Position numbers and translations under genes: made by a program
Notes under the pieces: model-generated
Seen by the model: only the letters and a program-made list of their open reading frames with translations
Database searches by the model: none
Told to the model about the DNA's origin: nothing
Source of the DNA: Symbiobacterium thermophilum
GTDB taxonomy: Bacteria > Bacillota > Sulfobacillia > UBA995
Assembly: GCA_020725145.1 (NCBI GenBank)
Contig: DYFO01000005.1
Location: forward strand, 1-63,561
Length of the DNA: 63,561 nt
Reading direction: 5' to 3'
Shown here: positions 8,828 to 17,484 of the stretch, piece by piece
Numbering within the stretch: position 1 is the first letter of the stretch
Layout: each line of letters begins with the position of its first letter

Positions 8828-11800
8828 CTGCCGCTCAAACCGTTCCTGCGCACGGTAATGGTCTTCGGTTCCGGTCCCATCATCATCGGGCAGGCGGCGG
8901 AGTTCGACTACGCCGGCAGCCAGGCCTGCCGGACGTTGCGCGAGGAAGGGCTGCGGGTGGTCCTGCTCAACTCCAATCCCGCCACCATCATGACCGACGT
9001 CGAGCTGGCCGATCGGGTCTATCTGGAACCCCTGAGCTTTGAGATGGCCCGGGAGGTGCTCCGCCGGGAACGCCCCGAGGGCCTGCTTCCCACACTTGGG
9101 GGACAGGTAGGGCTCAACCTGGCGGTCGAGCTGGCCCAGGCGGGTGTGCTGGACGAGCTGGGGGTGGAGCTGCTGGGTACCCCGGTCGCGGCCATCCGGC
9201 AGGCCGAGGACCGTGAGGAATTTCGGAAGCTGCTCGTGAAGCTGGGTGAGCCCTGTCCCCGCAGCACGGCGGTGCGCTCGATAGGGGAAGCGGCCGATTT
9301 CGCGCGGGAGGCCGGTTTCCCGCTGGTCATCCGCCCCGCATTCACGCTGGGCGGTACCGGCAGCGGCGTCGCCCGGGACATGGGCGAACTGACCGTGGTG
9401 GTCGGCCGCGGGCTGTCCCAGAGTCCCGTGGGTCAGTGCCTGGTAGAGGAGTACCTGGAGGGCTGGAAGGAGATCGAGTTCGAGGTCATCCGCGACGGCC
9501 GCGACAACTGCGTGGCGGTGTGCGGTATGGAGAATCTCGATCCCATGGGCATCCACACCGGGGACAGCGTGGTGGTCGCCCCCTGCCAGACGCTGTCCGA
9601 CTGGCAGTATCAGGCGCTGCGGGCGGCGGCCTTCCGCATCGTCCGTGGCCTGGGCCTGGAAGGCGGGTGCAACGTCCAGTTTGCGGTGCGCGATGGCGAG
9701 TACCGAGTCATCGAGGTCAACCCCCGGGTGAGCCGCTCCAGCGCCCTGGCCTCCAAGGCCACCGGTTACCCCATCGCCGCGGTGGCCACGCGCATTGCCC
9801 TTGGGTACGCGCTGGACGAGATCGCGGGGTCGGTCACCGGCTCGGGCGCCGGCTTCGAACCGGTCCTCGACTACGTGGTGGTGAAGATCCCCCGCTGGCC
9901 CTTCGACAAGTTCGCGGGGGCCGACCGGCGACTGGGTACGCAGATGAAGGCCACCGGCGAGGTCATGGGCATCGACCGCACCTTCGAGGGTGCGCTGCTG
10001 AAGGCAGTACGCTCGTTGGAGCTTGAGGGGCCCGGGCTCTTCCGGCCGGAACTTTCGGCATGGACGGACGAGGAGCTACGCGAGGTCCTCTGCCGGCCCG
10101 ACGATCGGCGGCTGTTCGCGCTGGCCGAGGCCTGCCGCCGGCGGTGGCCCGGCGACGGGTTGGCCGCCCTTACCGGCATCGACCCGCACTTCATCCGGCG
10201 TCTTCAAGTGCTGGCCCGGCTGGCCCGTGAGGTGTCCACGGGGAGGCCGCTGCAGGACGCCGATCTCTTGCGCCGGGCCAAGCGGGCGGGCTTCTCAGAC
10301 CGTGAGCTCGGGTTCCTTGCCGGCGTGGACGCCGAACGCGTGGAAGAAGCGCGGCTGGCCCTGGGTCTACGTCCCGTCTACAAGGTCGTGGACAGTTTCG
10401 CAGGCGAGTTCGAGGCGGGGGCTCCCTTCTACTACTCCACGTACGAGGCCGAGGACGAACTGCCGGCACCGGGAGGTCCCAGCGTGCTGGTGGTGGGTTC
10501 GGGACCCATCCGTATCGGCCAGGGCATAGAGTTCGACTACTGCTCGGTTCACGCCGCCTGGGCATTGCGGGAGGCCGGCGTGCGCTCGCTGGTGATCAAC
10601 AACAACCCCGAGACGGTCTCCACCGACTATCTCACGTCCGATCAGCTGTTCTTCGAGCCGGTCACCCGCGAGGAGGTGCTGGAGCTGGTCAGGCGCCAGT
10701 CCCCGCGGGGAGTGCTGGTTCAGTTCGGCGGCCAGACCGCCATCAACCTGGCTCCCGAACTGGCCCGGGCAGGGGTAAGCGTGCTGGGCACCGACCCTGC
10801 GGGTATCGACCTCGCGGAGGATCGCGAGCGCTTCGAGGAGCTGCTGGGCCGCTTGGGGTTGGCCCGTCCCCCGGGCCGGGCCGTCCGCTCGCCGGCCGCG
10901 GCCGCGCGGGCGGCGGCGGAACTCGGCTATCCGGTGGTGGTGCGACCTTCTTACGTGCTGGGGGGCCGCGCCATGCAGGTGGTGCACGACGCGGCCGACC
11001 TCCGGGCCATCCTGGAGCAGGTGGACTGGCGCCGGCCGGTGCTGGTGGACCGCTTCGTCTGGGGCCGCGAGGTGGAGGTCGACGCGATCGCCGACGGCGA
11101 ACAGGTGCTGGTGCTGGGCATCCTGGAACATGTGGAGGGCACCGGCGTGCATTCGGGCGATTCCATCTCCGTCTACCCGCCCCAGGGGCTTGACGCCCCC
11201 ATACGGGGGCGTCTGGTGGAGATCACCACCGGGCTGGCGCTTGCCCTCGGCATCCGTGGCCTGGTTAACGTGCAGTACGTGCTGGCCGGCGGCGAGGTGC
11301 TGGTGCTGGAGGCCAACCCCCGCGCCAGCCGCACCGTACCCCTGCTGAGCAAGGTGACGGGGGTCGCGGCGGTACGGGCGGCCACCCGGGTGGCGCTGGG
11401 CCAGACGCTCAAGTCCATGGGGCTGCCGCACGGGCTTTGGCCGGAGCCTCCGTACGTGGCGGTGAAGGTTCCGGTATTCTCCTGGATCAAGCTGCCGGGG
11501 GTCGACAGCGGGCTGGGGCCGGAGATGAAATCGACCGGCGAGGCGCTGGGACTGGACTTCAGCTTTGAGGGCGCACTTGCCCGGGGAATGGAGGCCGCCG
11601 GATGGCGGCTGCCGCGTCCGGGAGGAACGGTGGCCTTCAGCGTGGCCGATCGTGACAAGCCGGAGGCACTGGGGCTCGCCCGGGAGTATGCGGAGGCAGG
11701 TTTCGGGCTTGCCGCCACCGGCGGCACCGCCGCCGTGCTGCGGGCCGCGGGCCTGGAGGTGCGCCAATACCGCAAGCTGAGCGAGGGCTCTCCCAACCTC

Positions 11801-12037
11801 GTGGAAGGACTGGAGCAGGGCGAACTGGAACTGGTGGTGAACACGTTGACCCGTGGCAGGCAACCGTGGTCGGACGGGTTCCGGATCCGCCGGGCCGCGG
11901 TGGAGCGAGGCCTGCCTTGCTTCACCTCGCTGGATACCGCCCGGGCGGTCCTCGCGGCCGTGCGCGGGCGTGATCAGGGCCACCGCGAGCCCCGGGCGCT
12001 CCAGGATTACCTCGGGAGGTTCGCAGCGGCTACGTAG
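8828..12037 (+). CDS. carB: carbamoyl-phosphate synthase large subunit
   Basis: GSGPIIIGQAAEFDYAG, EVNPRVSRSS and GSGPIRIGQGIEFDY motifs; probable CTG start 7 nt after AGGAGGA. Confidence 0.96.
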   Translation: MPLKPFLRTVMVFGSGPIIIGQAAEFDYAGSQACRTLREEGLRVVLLNSNPATIMTDVELADRVYLEPLSFEMAREVLRRERPEGLLPTLGGQVGLNLAVELAQAGVLDELGVELLGTPVAAIRQAEDREEFRKLLVKLGEPCPRSTAVRSIGEAADFAREAGFPLVIRPAFTLGGTGSGVARDMGELTVVVGRGLSQSPVGQCLVEEYLEGWKEIEFEVIRDGRDNCVAVCGMENLDPMGIHTGDSVVVAPCQTLSDWQYQALRAAAFRIVRGLGLEGGCNVQFAVRDGEYRVIEVNPRVSRSSALASKATGYPIAAVATRIALGYALDEIAGSVTGSGAGFEPVLDYVVVKIPRWPFDKFAGADRRLGTQMKATGEVMGIDRTFEGALLKAVRSLELEGPGLFRPELSAWTDEELREVLCRPDDRRLFALAEACRRRWPGDGLAALTGIDPHFIRRLQVLARLAREVSTGRPLQDADLLRRAKRAGFSDRELGFLAGVDAERVEEARLALGLRPVYKVVDSFAGEFEAGAPFYYSTYEAEDELPAPGGPSVLVVGSGPIRIGQGIEFDYCSVHAAWALREAGVRSLVINNNPETVSTDYLTSDQLFFEPVTREEVLELVRRQSPRGVLVQFGGQTAINLAPELARAGVSVLGTDPAGIDLAEDRERFEELLGRLGLARPPGRAVRSPAAAARAAAELGYPVVVRPSYVLGGRAMQVVHDAADLRAILEQVDWRRPVLVDRFVWGREVEVDAIADGEQVLVLGILEHVEGTGVHSGDSISVYPPQGLDAPIRGRLVEITTGLALALGIRGLVNVQYVLAGGEVLVLEANPRASRTVPLLSKVTGVAAVRAATRVALGQTLKSMGLPHGLWPEPPYVAVKVPVFSWIKLPGVDSGLGPEMKSTGEALGLDFSFEGALARGMEAAGWRLPRPGGTVAFSVADRDKPEALGLAREYAEAGFGLAATGGTAAVLRAAGLEVRQYRKLSEGSPNLVEGLEQGELELVVNTLTRGRQPWSDGFRIRRAAVERGLPCFTSLDTARAVLAAVRGRDQGHREPRALQDYLGRFAAAT

Positions 12038-12040
12038 CCT

Positions 12041-12367
12041 CCCATAGGGTACTGGAAGTACATGAAGCGTTATGCGGTCCCGGTGCACGAGGCGGCGGCG
12101 CTGTTGCTGGGTCGCCGGGCCATGGGCTACCGGGAGCGCATCACCAAGGAGCTCAACGTGCTGGCCGCGCGAATCAGGAGCAACCTGACCCAAAAGGTCA
12201 GTCCCGATAGACCAAAGGAAGGAAAGTGGATGACCCGCGGGGTTCGGGCCCTCTTGGAGCGGCTGGAGCGGAAGATGCCTGTCCACAACGGGCTTGCGCC
12301 GTGGCAAAAGACACGGTTCCATTCCGTCTGGCGCGACTTCAAGCTTTTGGCCCTGGCCTTGCGGTGA
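12041..12367 (+). pseudogene. C-terminal fragment of a TnpB-related (IS200/605/607 accessory) nuclease
   Basis: IGYWKYMKRYAVPVHEAAALLLGRRAMGYRERI resembles the C-terminal RuvC-III region of TnpB-related proteins; N-terminal part missing. Confidence 0.6.
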
Positions 12368-12611
12368 CTCCGTTTGGCCGGTGTCGGACAAACCGGTAGG
12401 CGTCCTAACAGGACGCGGGAGGTGGGGCTGGCCCTCCGCCAGAAGAAACCCTTCCGGCGCAGTCCTCCCGTCCGGGTGGGACTCCCGGGCCGAGGCCCCC
12501 GGTCGCCCTGCTCCCTCGGAGGAGCAAATCAAGTATCCGAAAGGAGGCGAAGGCCTGGTCGGGGGGCCGGTCTATCCGGGGAGAAGATTCGGGTAGATTT
12601 CTTGAACCAGG
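12368..12611 (+). mobile_element. structured right end (putative omega-RNA scaffold) of the TnpB-related element
   Basis: Hairpins GCGTCCT-aac-AGGACGC, TGCTCC-ctcgga-GGAGCA and CCGGT...ACCGG; ends TTCTTGAACCAGG just before pyrK. Confidence 0.45.
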
Positions 12612-12620
12612 TAGGGCGAC

Positions 12621-13379
12621 GTGGAGCTGGTAGGGGCAAGCGTCCTGACCCACGAAGCGCTGGGAGCCGGCTACCACCGTCTTGTGCTGGCCGCTCCCGA
12701 GGTGGCTCTGCAATGCCGGCCCGGGCAGTTCGTGCACGTCCGGGTGAGCGAGGACCGCTACCCGCTGCTGCGGCGGCCTTTCAGCGTGGCCCGCCGCGGT
12801 GACGGCACCATCACCCTCCTGTACCGGGTAGTTGGAAAGGGGACCGCCCTGCTGGCGGGTCTTCGCCCGGGCGGATGTCTCGACCTGCTGGGACCTCTGG
12901 GCAGCGGCTTTGAGCTTCTGCCCGGCCGCCGGGCGGTACTGGTGGCGGGAGGGGCGGGAATCGCCCCGCTTCTGTTTCTGGCCCAGCTGGCTTGGGAAAC
13001 CGGACACCCGGTGCGTGCCGTGGTGGGGGCGGCCCAGGCGGCGGAACTTGTCGGCACCGCCGACCTCGGGGAGCTCGGCGTGCCGGCGGCGTACGCCACC
13101 GACGACGGCAGCCTCGGTCACCACGGCCCGGTCACCGACCTGCTGGAGGGATCGCTGGCCGGCGAGGCGCTGTACGCCTGCGGTCCGCCTGCCATGCTGC
13201 GCAAGGTGCAAACGCTGGCGCGTGAGCAGGCAGTGCCCGGCCAGCTGTCGCTGGAGGCAAGCATGGCCTGCGGGGTGGGCGCCTGCCGGGGATGTGCCTG
13301 CCGGGCCCACGGGGGCTACCGCATGGTGTGTACCGATGGTCCCGTCTTCGACCTGGAAGAGGTGGTACTGGATGGCTAG
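12621..13379 (+). CDS. pyrK: dihydroorotate dehydrogenase electron transfer subunit
   Basis: PGQFVH, LRRPFS, GGAGIAPL, MACGVGACRGC and VCTDGPVF motifs. Confidence 0.95.
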   Translation: MELVGASVLTHEALGAGYHRLVLAAPEVALQCRPGQFVHVRVSEDRYPLLRRPFSVARRGDGTITLLYRVVGKGTALLAGLRPGGCLDLLGPLGSGFELLPGRRAVLVAGGAGIAPLLFLAQLAWETGHPVRAVVGAAQAAELVGTADLGELGVPAAYATDDGSLGHHGPVTDLLEGSLAGEALYACGPPAMLRKVQTLAREQAVPGQLSLEASMACGVGACRGCACRAHGGYRMVCTDGPVFDLEEVVLDG

Positions 13380-14301
13380 TCGCCTGGCCACCAGCCTGGC
13401 CGGCATCCCCCTGCGAAACCCGGTGCTCGCCGCCTCGGGCACCTTCGGATACGGCCGCGAGTACGCCGGGCTGGTGCCGCCGGCCTGCCTCGGAGCGGTG
13501 ATAACCAAGGGCACCTCGCTGGAACCATGGCCCGGCAACCCTCCTCCCCGCACGGTGGAGACGGTCGCGGGCATGCTCAACGCCATCGGTCTTGAGAACC
13601 CCGGGCTTGCACACCTGGTGGAGGAGGACCTGCCGTGGCTCCAAAGCCAGGGGGCCACGGTCATCGTGAACGTGGTGGGGCGCTGTGTAGACGAATACGT
13701 CGAGATGGCCGCAGCGCTGGACCGCCGCCGTGAGGTGGCGGGGCTGGAACTGAACATCTCGTGCCCCAACGTGGACAAGGGCGGCATGGCCTTCGGTTCG
13801 CACCCCGAGACGGCCTACGCCCTGGTACGGGCAGTTCGCAGGCGTACGCGACTGCCGCTTTTGGTCAAGCTATCCCCCAATGTGACCGACATCGTCCGCG
13901 TAGCCGAACGCGTGCGCGACGCCGGCGCCGACGGCCTGTCGGCCATTAACACGCTGGTGGGGATGGCCATCGACCTCGACAGCCGCCGCCCGGTGCTGGG
14001 CAACGTCACCGGGGGGTTGTCGGGTCCGGCGATCAAGCCCGTGGCGCTGGCCGCCGTCTGGCGGCTGGCGGCGGTGGGGTTGCCGGTCCTGGGCATGGGA
14101 GGCATCTGGGACTGGCGCGATGCCGCCGAGTTCCTGATGGCGGGGGCCGCCGCGGTAGCGGTTGGCACCGCGACTTTCGCCCGTCCCCGGGCCATGCTGG
14201 AGATCGTGGCAGGACTGGAGGAGTACCTCGAATGCAGGGGCCTCAAGAACGTGTCGGAACTGGTGGGGGAGGCCAACCCGACCTTCCGCGCGAGCGGCTG
14301 A
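13372..14301 (+). CDS. pyrD: dihydroorotate dehydrogenase class 1B catalytic subunit
   Basis: ASGTFGYG, GMLNAIGLENPG, ELNISCPN, KLSPNVTD and GGLSGPAIKP motifs. Confidence 0.95.
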   Translation: MASRLATSLAGIPLRNPVLAASGTFGYGREYAGLVPPACLGAVITKGTSLEPWPGNPPPRTVETVAGMLNAIGLENPGLAHLVEEDLPWLQSQGATVIVNVVGRCVDEYVEMAAALDRRREVAGLELNISCPNVDKGGMAFGSHPETAYALVRAVRRRTRLPLLVKLSPNVTDIVRVAERVRDAGADGLSAINTLVGMAIDLDSRRPVLGNVTGGLSGPAIKPVALAAVWRLAAVGLPVLGMGGIWDWRDAAEFLMAGAAAVAVGTATFARPRAMLEIVAGLEEYLECRGLKNVSELVGEANPTFRASG

Positions 14302-14987
14302 TCGTCGCCCTGGACATTCCCGATCTCGGGCGGGCGTCCGCGTTGGTTCGGATGCTCTCGCCCCTGGTCAAATGGTTCAAGGTGGGCATGGAGCTTTACT
14401 GCGCGGCCGGCCCGGCGGCGCCCGAGGCGGTGGCCCGCGCGGGCGGGCGGGTGTTCCTTGACCTCAAGCTGCACGACATCCCCGCCACCGTACTGGGTGC
14501 GGGGCGGGTGGTGGCCTCGCTTCCCGGCGTGGGCCTGTGGAACGTGCACGCGTCGGGAGGCGAGGAGATGCTGGCGGCCGCGGTGCGGGCCAACCGCGAG
14601 GTGGGACAGGCACGGGTATTGGGGGTGACCGTGCTGACCAGCCTTGACGCCGAGGCGCTGCGCCGACAGGGCATCACCCGCTCGCCGACCGAACAGGTGG
14701 TGGCCCTGGCCCGGCTGAGCCAGGCGGCCGGCCTGGACGGGGTGGTGGCCTCGCCCCGCGAGGTGGCGGCGGTACGCCGGGCGTGTGGCCCCGACTTCCT
14801 GGTGGTGACGCCGGGGGTGCGACCGGCGGGGGCCGACGCCGGCGATCAGCGGCGGGTAGCCACTCCGACCGAGGCGATGCGGGCGGGGGCGGACTACCTG
14901 GTGGTGGGGAGGCCCATCACCGGGGCACCGGACCCGGTGGCCGCCGCGCGGAGCGTGCTTGACGAGATGGAGGAGGTCTGCCGGTGA
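14232..14987 (+). CDS. pyrF: orotidine-5'-phosphate decarboxylase
   Basis: LIVALD, FLDLKLHDIPAT, VTPGVR and VVGRPI motifs; GGAGGAG SD before ATG 14232. Confidence 0.95.
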   Translation: MQGPQERVGTGGGGQPDLPRERLIVALDIPDLGRASALVRMLSPLVKWFKVGMELYCAAGPAAPEAVARAGGRVFLDLKLHDIPATVLGAGRVVASLPGVGLWNVHASGGEEMLAAAVRANREVGQARVLGVTVLTSLDAEALRRQGITRSPTEQVVALARLSQAAGLDGVVASPREVAAVRRACGPDFLVVTPGVRPAGADAGDQRRVATPTEAMRAGADYLVVGRPITGAPDPVAAARSVLDEMEEVCR

Positions 14988-15556
14988 ACCCTGAAGCTGT
15001 GCGCACGCTGCTCGCCGAGGCGGGAGCCATCATGGAAGGCCACTTCCTGCTGACGTCCGGCCGCCACAGCCGGTACTTCGTGCAGTGCTCGCAGGTGCTG
15101 CAGTATCCCGACCACACCGCCGCGCTGACCGCCGCACTGGCCGAACGTCTGCAGCCCGTCATGGAGCTCAGGCCCACCACGGTGGTCGGCCCCGCGCTGG
15201 GAGGCATCGTCCTGGCCTACGAGATGGCCCGCACCCTGCGGGCCCGCGCCCTGTACGCGGAGAAGACTCCCGGCGGTATGGTCTTCCGCCGGGGGTTCCG
15301 GCTGCGGCCGGCGGAGACGGTCCTCGTGGTGGAGGACGTGGTCACCACGGGGGGATCGGTCAACGCGGTGATCGAAGCCGTTCGTGACGCCGGGGCCTGG
15401 GTGGCAGGCGTGGGCGCGCTGGTGGATCGCAGCGGTGGCGACGTCGGCTTCCGCGTACCCTTCGCCTCCCTGCTGCGGCTGCCCATGGAGGACTGGGATC
15501 CCAGGCTGTGCCCCCTCTGCCACGCGGGCATCGCGCTGGTGCGCCCCAAGGGCTGA
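14984..15556 (+). CDS. pyrE: orotate phosphoribosyltransferase
   Basis: GHFLLTSGRHS and VVEDVVTTGGS motifs. Confidence 0.95.
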   Translation: MNPEAVRTLLAEAGAIMEGHFLLTSGRHSRYFVQCSQVLQYPDHTAALTAALAERLQPVMELRPTTVVGPALGGIVLAYEMARTLRARALYAEKTPGGMVFRRGFRLRPAETVLVVEDVVTTGGSVNAVIEAVRDAGAWVAGVGALVDRSGGDVGFRVPFASLLRLPMEDWDPRLCPLCHAGIALVRPKG

Positions 15557-15635
15557 GGTCCGGATCTGCCGGGACAGTCACCCTCCCCCGCAGAGGACAT
15601 AAGATGTGCTGAACTCCGGGTGGAGGGGACCTCCC

Positions 15636-16769
15636 ATGTCGGTCAAGGTCAGGCGAGTCTTCGCTGGGGCGAACACCGCGCGCGGCTTTCACTCGCTGCA
15701 TGCCCAAGCCCTGGGCAGCCGGGTGCTGCGTCTTTACATCCTGAAAGGCGGGCCCGGGGTCGGCAAGTCTACTTTCATGCTCCGCACCGGTGAGGAACTG
15801 GCCGCCAGGGGGTATGCGGTGGAATACTACTGCTGTTCCTCGGACAACGCCTCGCTGGACGGTCTTGTGCTGCCGGCCGCGGGTGTGGCCCTGCTCGACG
15901 GCACCGCCCCTCACGTCGTGGACCCACGTCATCCCGGGGCGGTGGACAGCATCGTCAACCTTGGAGACTACTGGGACCCAGAACCCCTGCGTGCCTGCCG
16001 GTACGAGATCGAGATGCTCACGCGGGAGATCGCCCGGCTCTTCGCCGCCGCCTACCGGTGTCTTGCAGGGGCCCTCACCCAGCTCGAGCAGTGGGAGGCC
16101 ATCCATCAGGAAACGGGAGCGCTCGACACGGTCCGGCTGAACAGCCTGGCCCGTGAACTGGTGGGGGAGGCGGTGGGTGAGGCCGTCCCGTGTCAGCGCC
16201 TGCCCCGGCAGCGCCACCTCTTCGCCTCTGCCATCGGTCCCGACGGTTGTGTCAGCCACCTGGACACGGTGGTGGCCGGTTTCCCCCGGCGGTTGGTGCT
16301 GAAGGGACCGCCAGGGACCGGCAAGAACACGCTGGTGCGCCGGGTGGTCGCCGAGGCCACCGCCCGGGGGTACGATGTGGAAGTGTTCCGCTGCGCGTTC
16401 GACCCCCACAAGTACGATCACGTCCTCGTGCCCGCACTGGGGGTGGCGCTGCTCAACGCCTCCGACCCCCACGGTTACCGGCCCGCCCCCGGCGACCGTG
16501 TACTCGACACCACCGGGGCGTTGCGGCCGGGAGTGCTTGAGGCTTACATCGGTGAGGTCGCCCGCGCCCGCACCCTGTACTCGGAGCTCATGGACCAGGG
16601 CATCTGGTACATCCGGATGGCCAAACAAGTCCACGACGAACTCGAAAGCTACTACATATCGAGCACGGACTTCGAAGCCGTGGAGGCCCGGCGTTGCCGG
16701 GTCCGGGACGAGATCCTGGAGCTTGGGGCCGGTGTGGCGGAACCCGAGGGACGGGCGGTGTCAGACTGA
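15636..16769 (+). CDS. PRK06851-family tandem P-loop ATPase
   Basis: FAGANTARGFHS; two Walker A motifs (GGPGVGKST, GPPGTGKNT); DGTAPH; VHDELESYYI. Confidence 0.8.
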   Translation: MSVKVRRVFAGANTARGFHSLHAQALGSRVLRLYILKGGPGVGKSTFMLRTGEELAARGYAVEYYCCSSDNASLDGLVLPAAGVALLDGTAPHVVDPRHPGAVDSIVNLGDYWDPEPLRACRYEIEMLTREIARLFAAAYRCLAGALTQLEQWEAIHQETGALDTVRLNSLARELVGEAVGEAVPCQRLPRQRHLFASAIGPDGCVSHLDTVVAGFPRRLVLKGPPGTGKNTLVRRVVAEATARGYDVEVFRCAFDPHKYDHVLVPALGVALLNASDPHGYRPAPGDRVLDTTGALRPGVLEAYIGEVARARTLYSELMDQGIWYIRMAKQVHDELESYYISSTDFEAVEARRCRVRDEILELGAGVAEPEGRAVSD

Positions 16770-16971
16770 CCGGCAACCTGCCGGGCGGTCAGCCGACCGC
16801 GTCGCGCCGGAGGACCGCCGTGGATGGAGCCCCAGACCTTCAAAGGCTCGCCCACGTCCAGCTCGATCACCTCGATGCCGGCGTCCCGGTACAGCAGGGC
16901 CGTTTCCATCGACCCGCTCGCCATCAGCACCACGCCGGGAGCCAGGGCCAGGAACTTGACCGGCATGGTGG
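16741..16971. repeat. left copy of a ~230-bp imperfect direct repeat (pseudogenised 3' end of the amidinotransferase gene)
   Basis: Aligns with 26308-26546; an 8-nt deletion removes the catalytic Cys codon of HCLT. Confidence 0.9.
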
Positions 16972-17256
16972 CCCGCAACAGAGGAGCCTTGGCCCCAAGG
17001 AGCCGGCATGACACGCACAGGCCTTGCCCTCCCCGTCTCTCCCTACGACCCATGGCACAGGACCCCTGGTTGCGGGTGTTCTGGAAAGTGGCGGCCGCAA
17101 GACCTCCTCGGGTCACGCGGCCGGAAACGCAGGACGGGGAAGAAAACCTCCCCGAGGCACGGGAAGGTTGCGGACGGTCGGGAAGTTGCCACACCCGGGC
17201 GCCTTTGCCCCCTTGGTCCCGGTCCGCTACGGATCCGAGCCTCAGGTTCTTGCGCC

Positions 17257-17283
17257 TTGGTGCTATAACAATTGTAGCACCAA
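17257..17283. promoter_or_regulatory. 27-bp palindrome overlapping an extended -10-like TGCTATAAC upstream of cstA
   Basis: TTGGTGCTATAA-caa-TTGTAGCACCAA. Confidence 0.5.
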
Positions 17284-17484
17284 ACGTGGCGGGATACGGA
17301 ATGCGCTGAGCCGTCCCCGGGCTGGAGGTCAGATCTTTCGCAATAGAGCCACGATTGCAGGAATGTTCACTTGCGCGGCAAATCATTCCGTAGCGTAGTT
17401 GCGAGGAGGTGGTACGACCAGTCATGCGTCCGGGACCGGTCGGGCAGGACGGAAGTCAAAAAAGCGACTGGGAGGTGAACAGAC

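Noticed and set aside
10367-12532. Long antisense ORF (721 aa), and similar ones at 17905-19422, 19708-21486, 22869-24476 and 47334-49145
   Set aside because: Shadow frames of well-supported genes in high-GC DNA; no recognisable motifs
16652-17425. 257-aa minus-strand ORF as a real gene
   Set aside because: Only its middle part is the duplicated, frameshifted amidinotransferase tail; the rest looks non-coding
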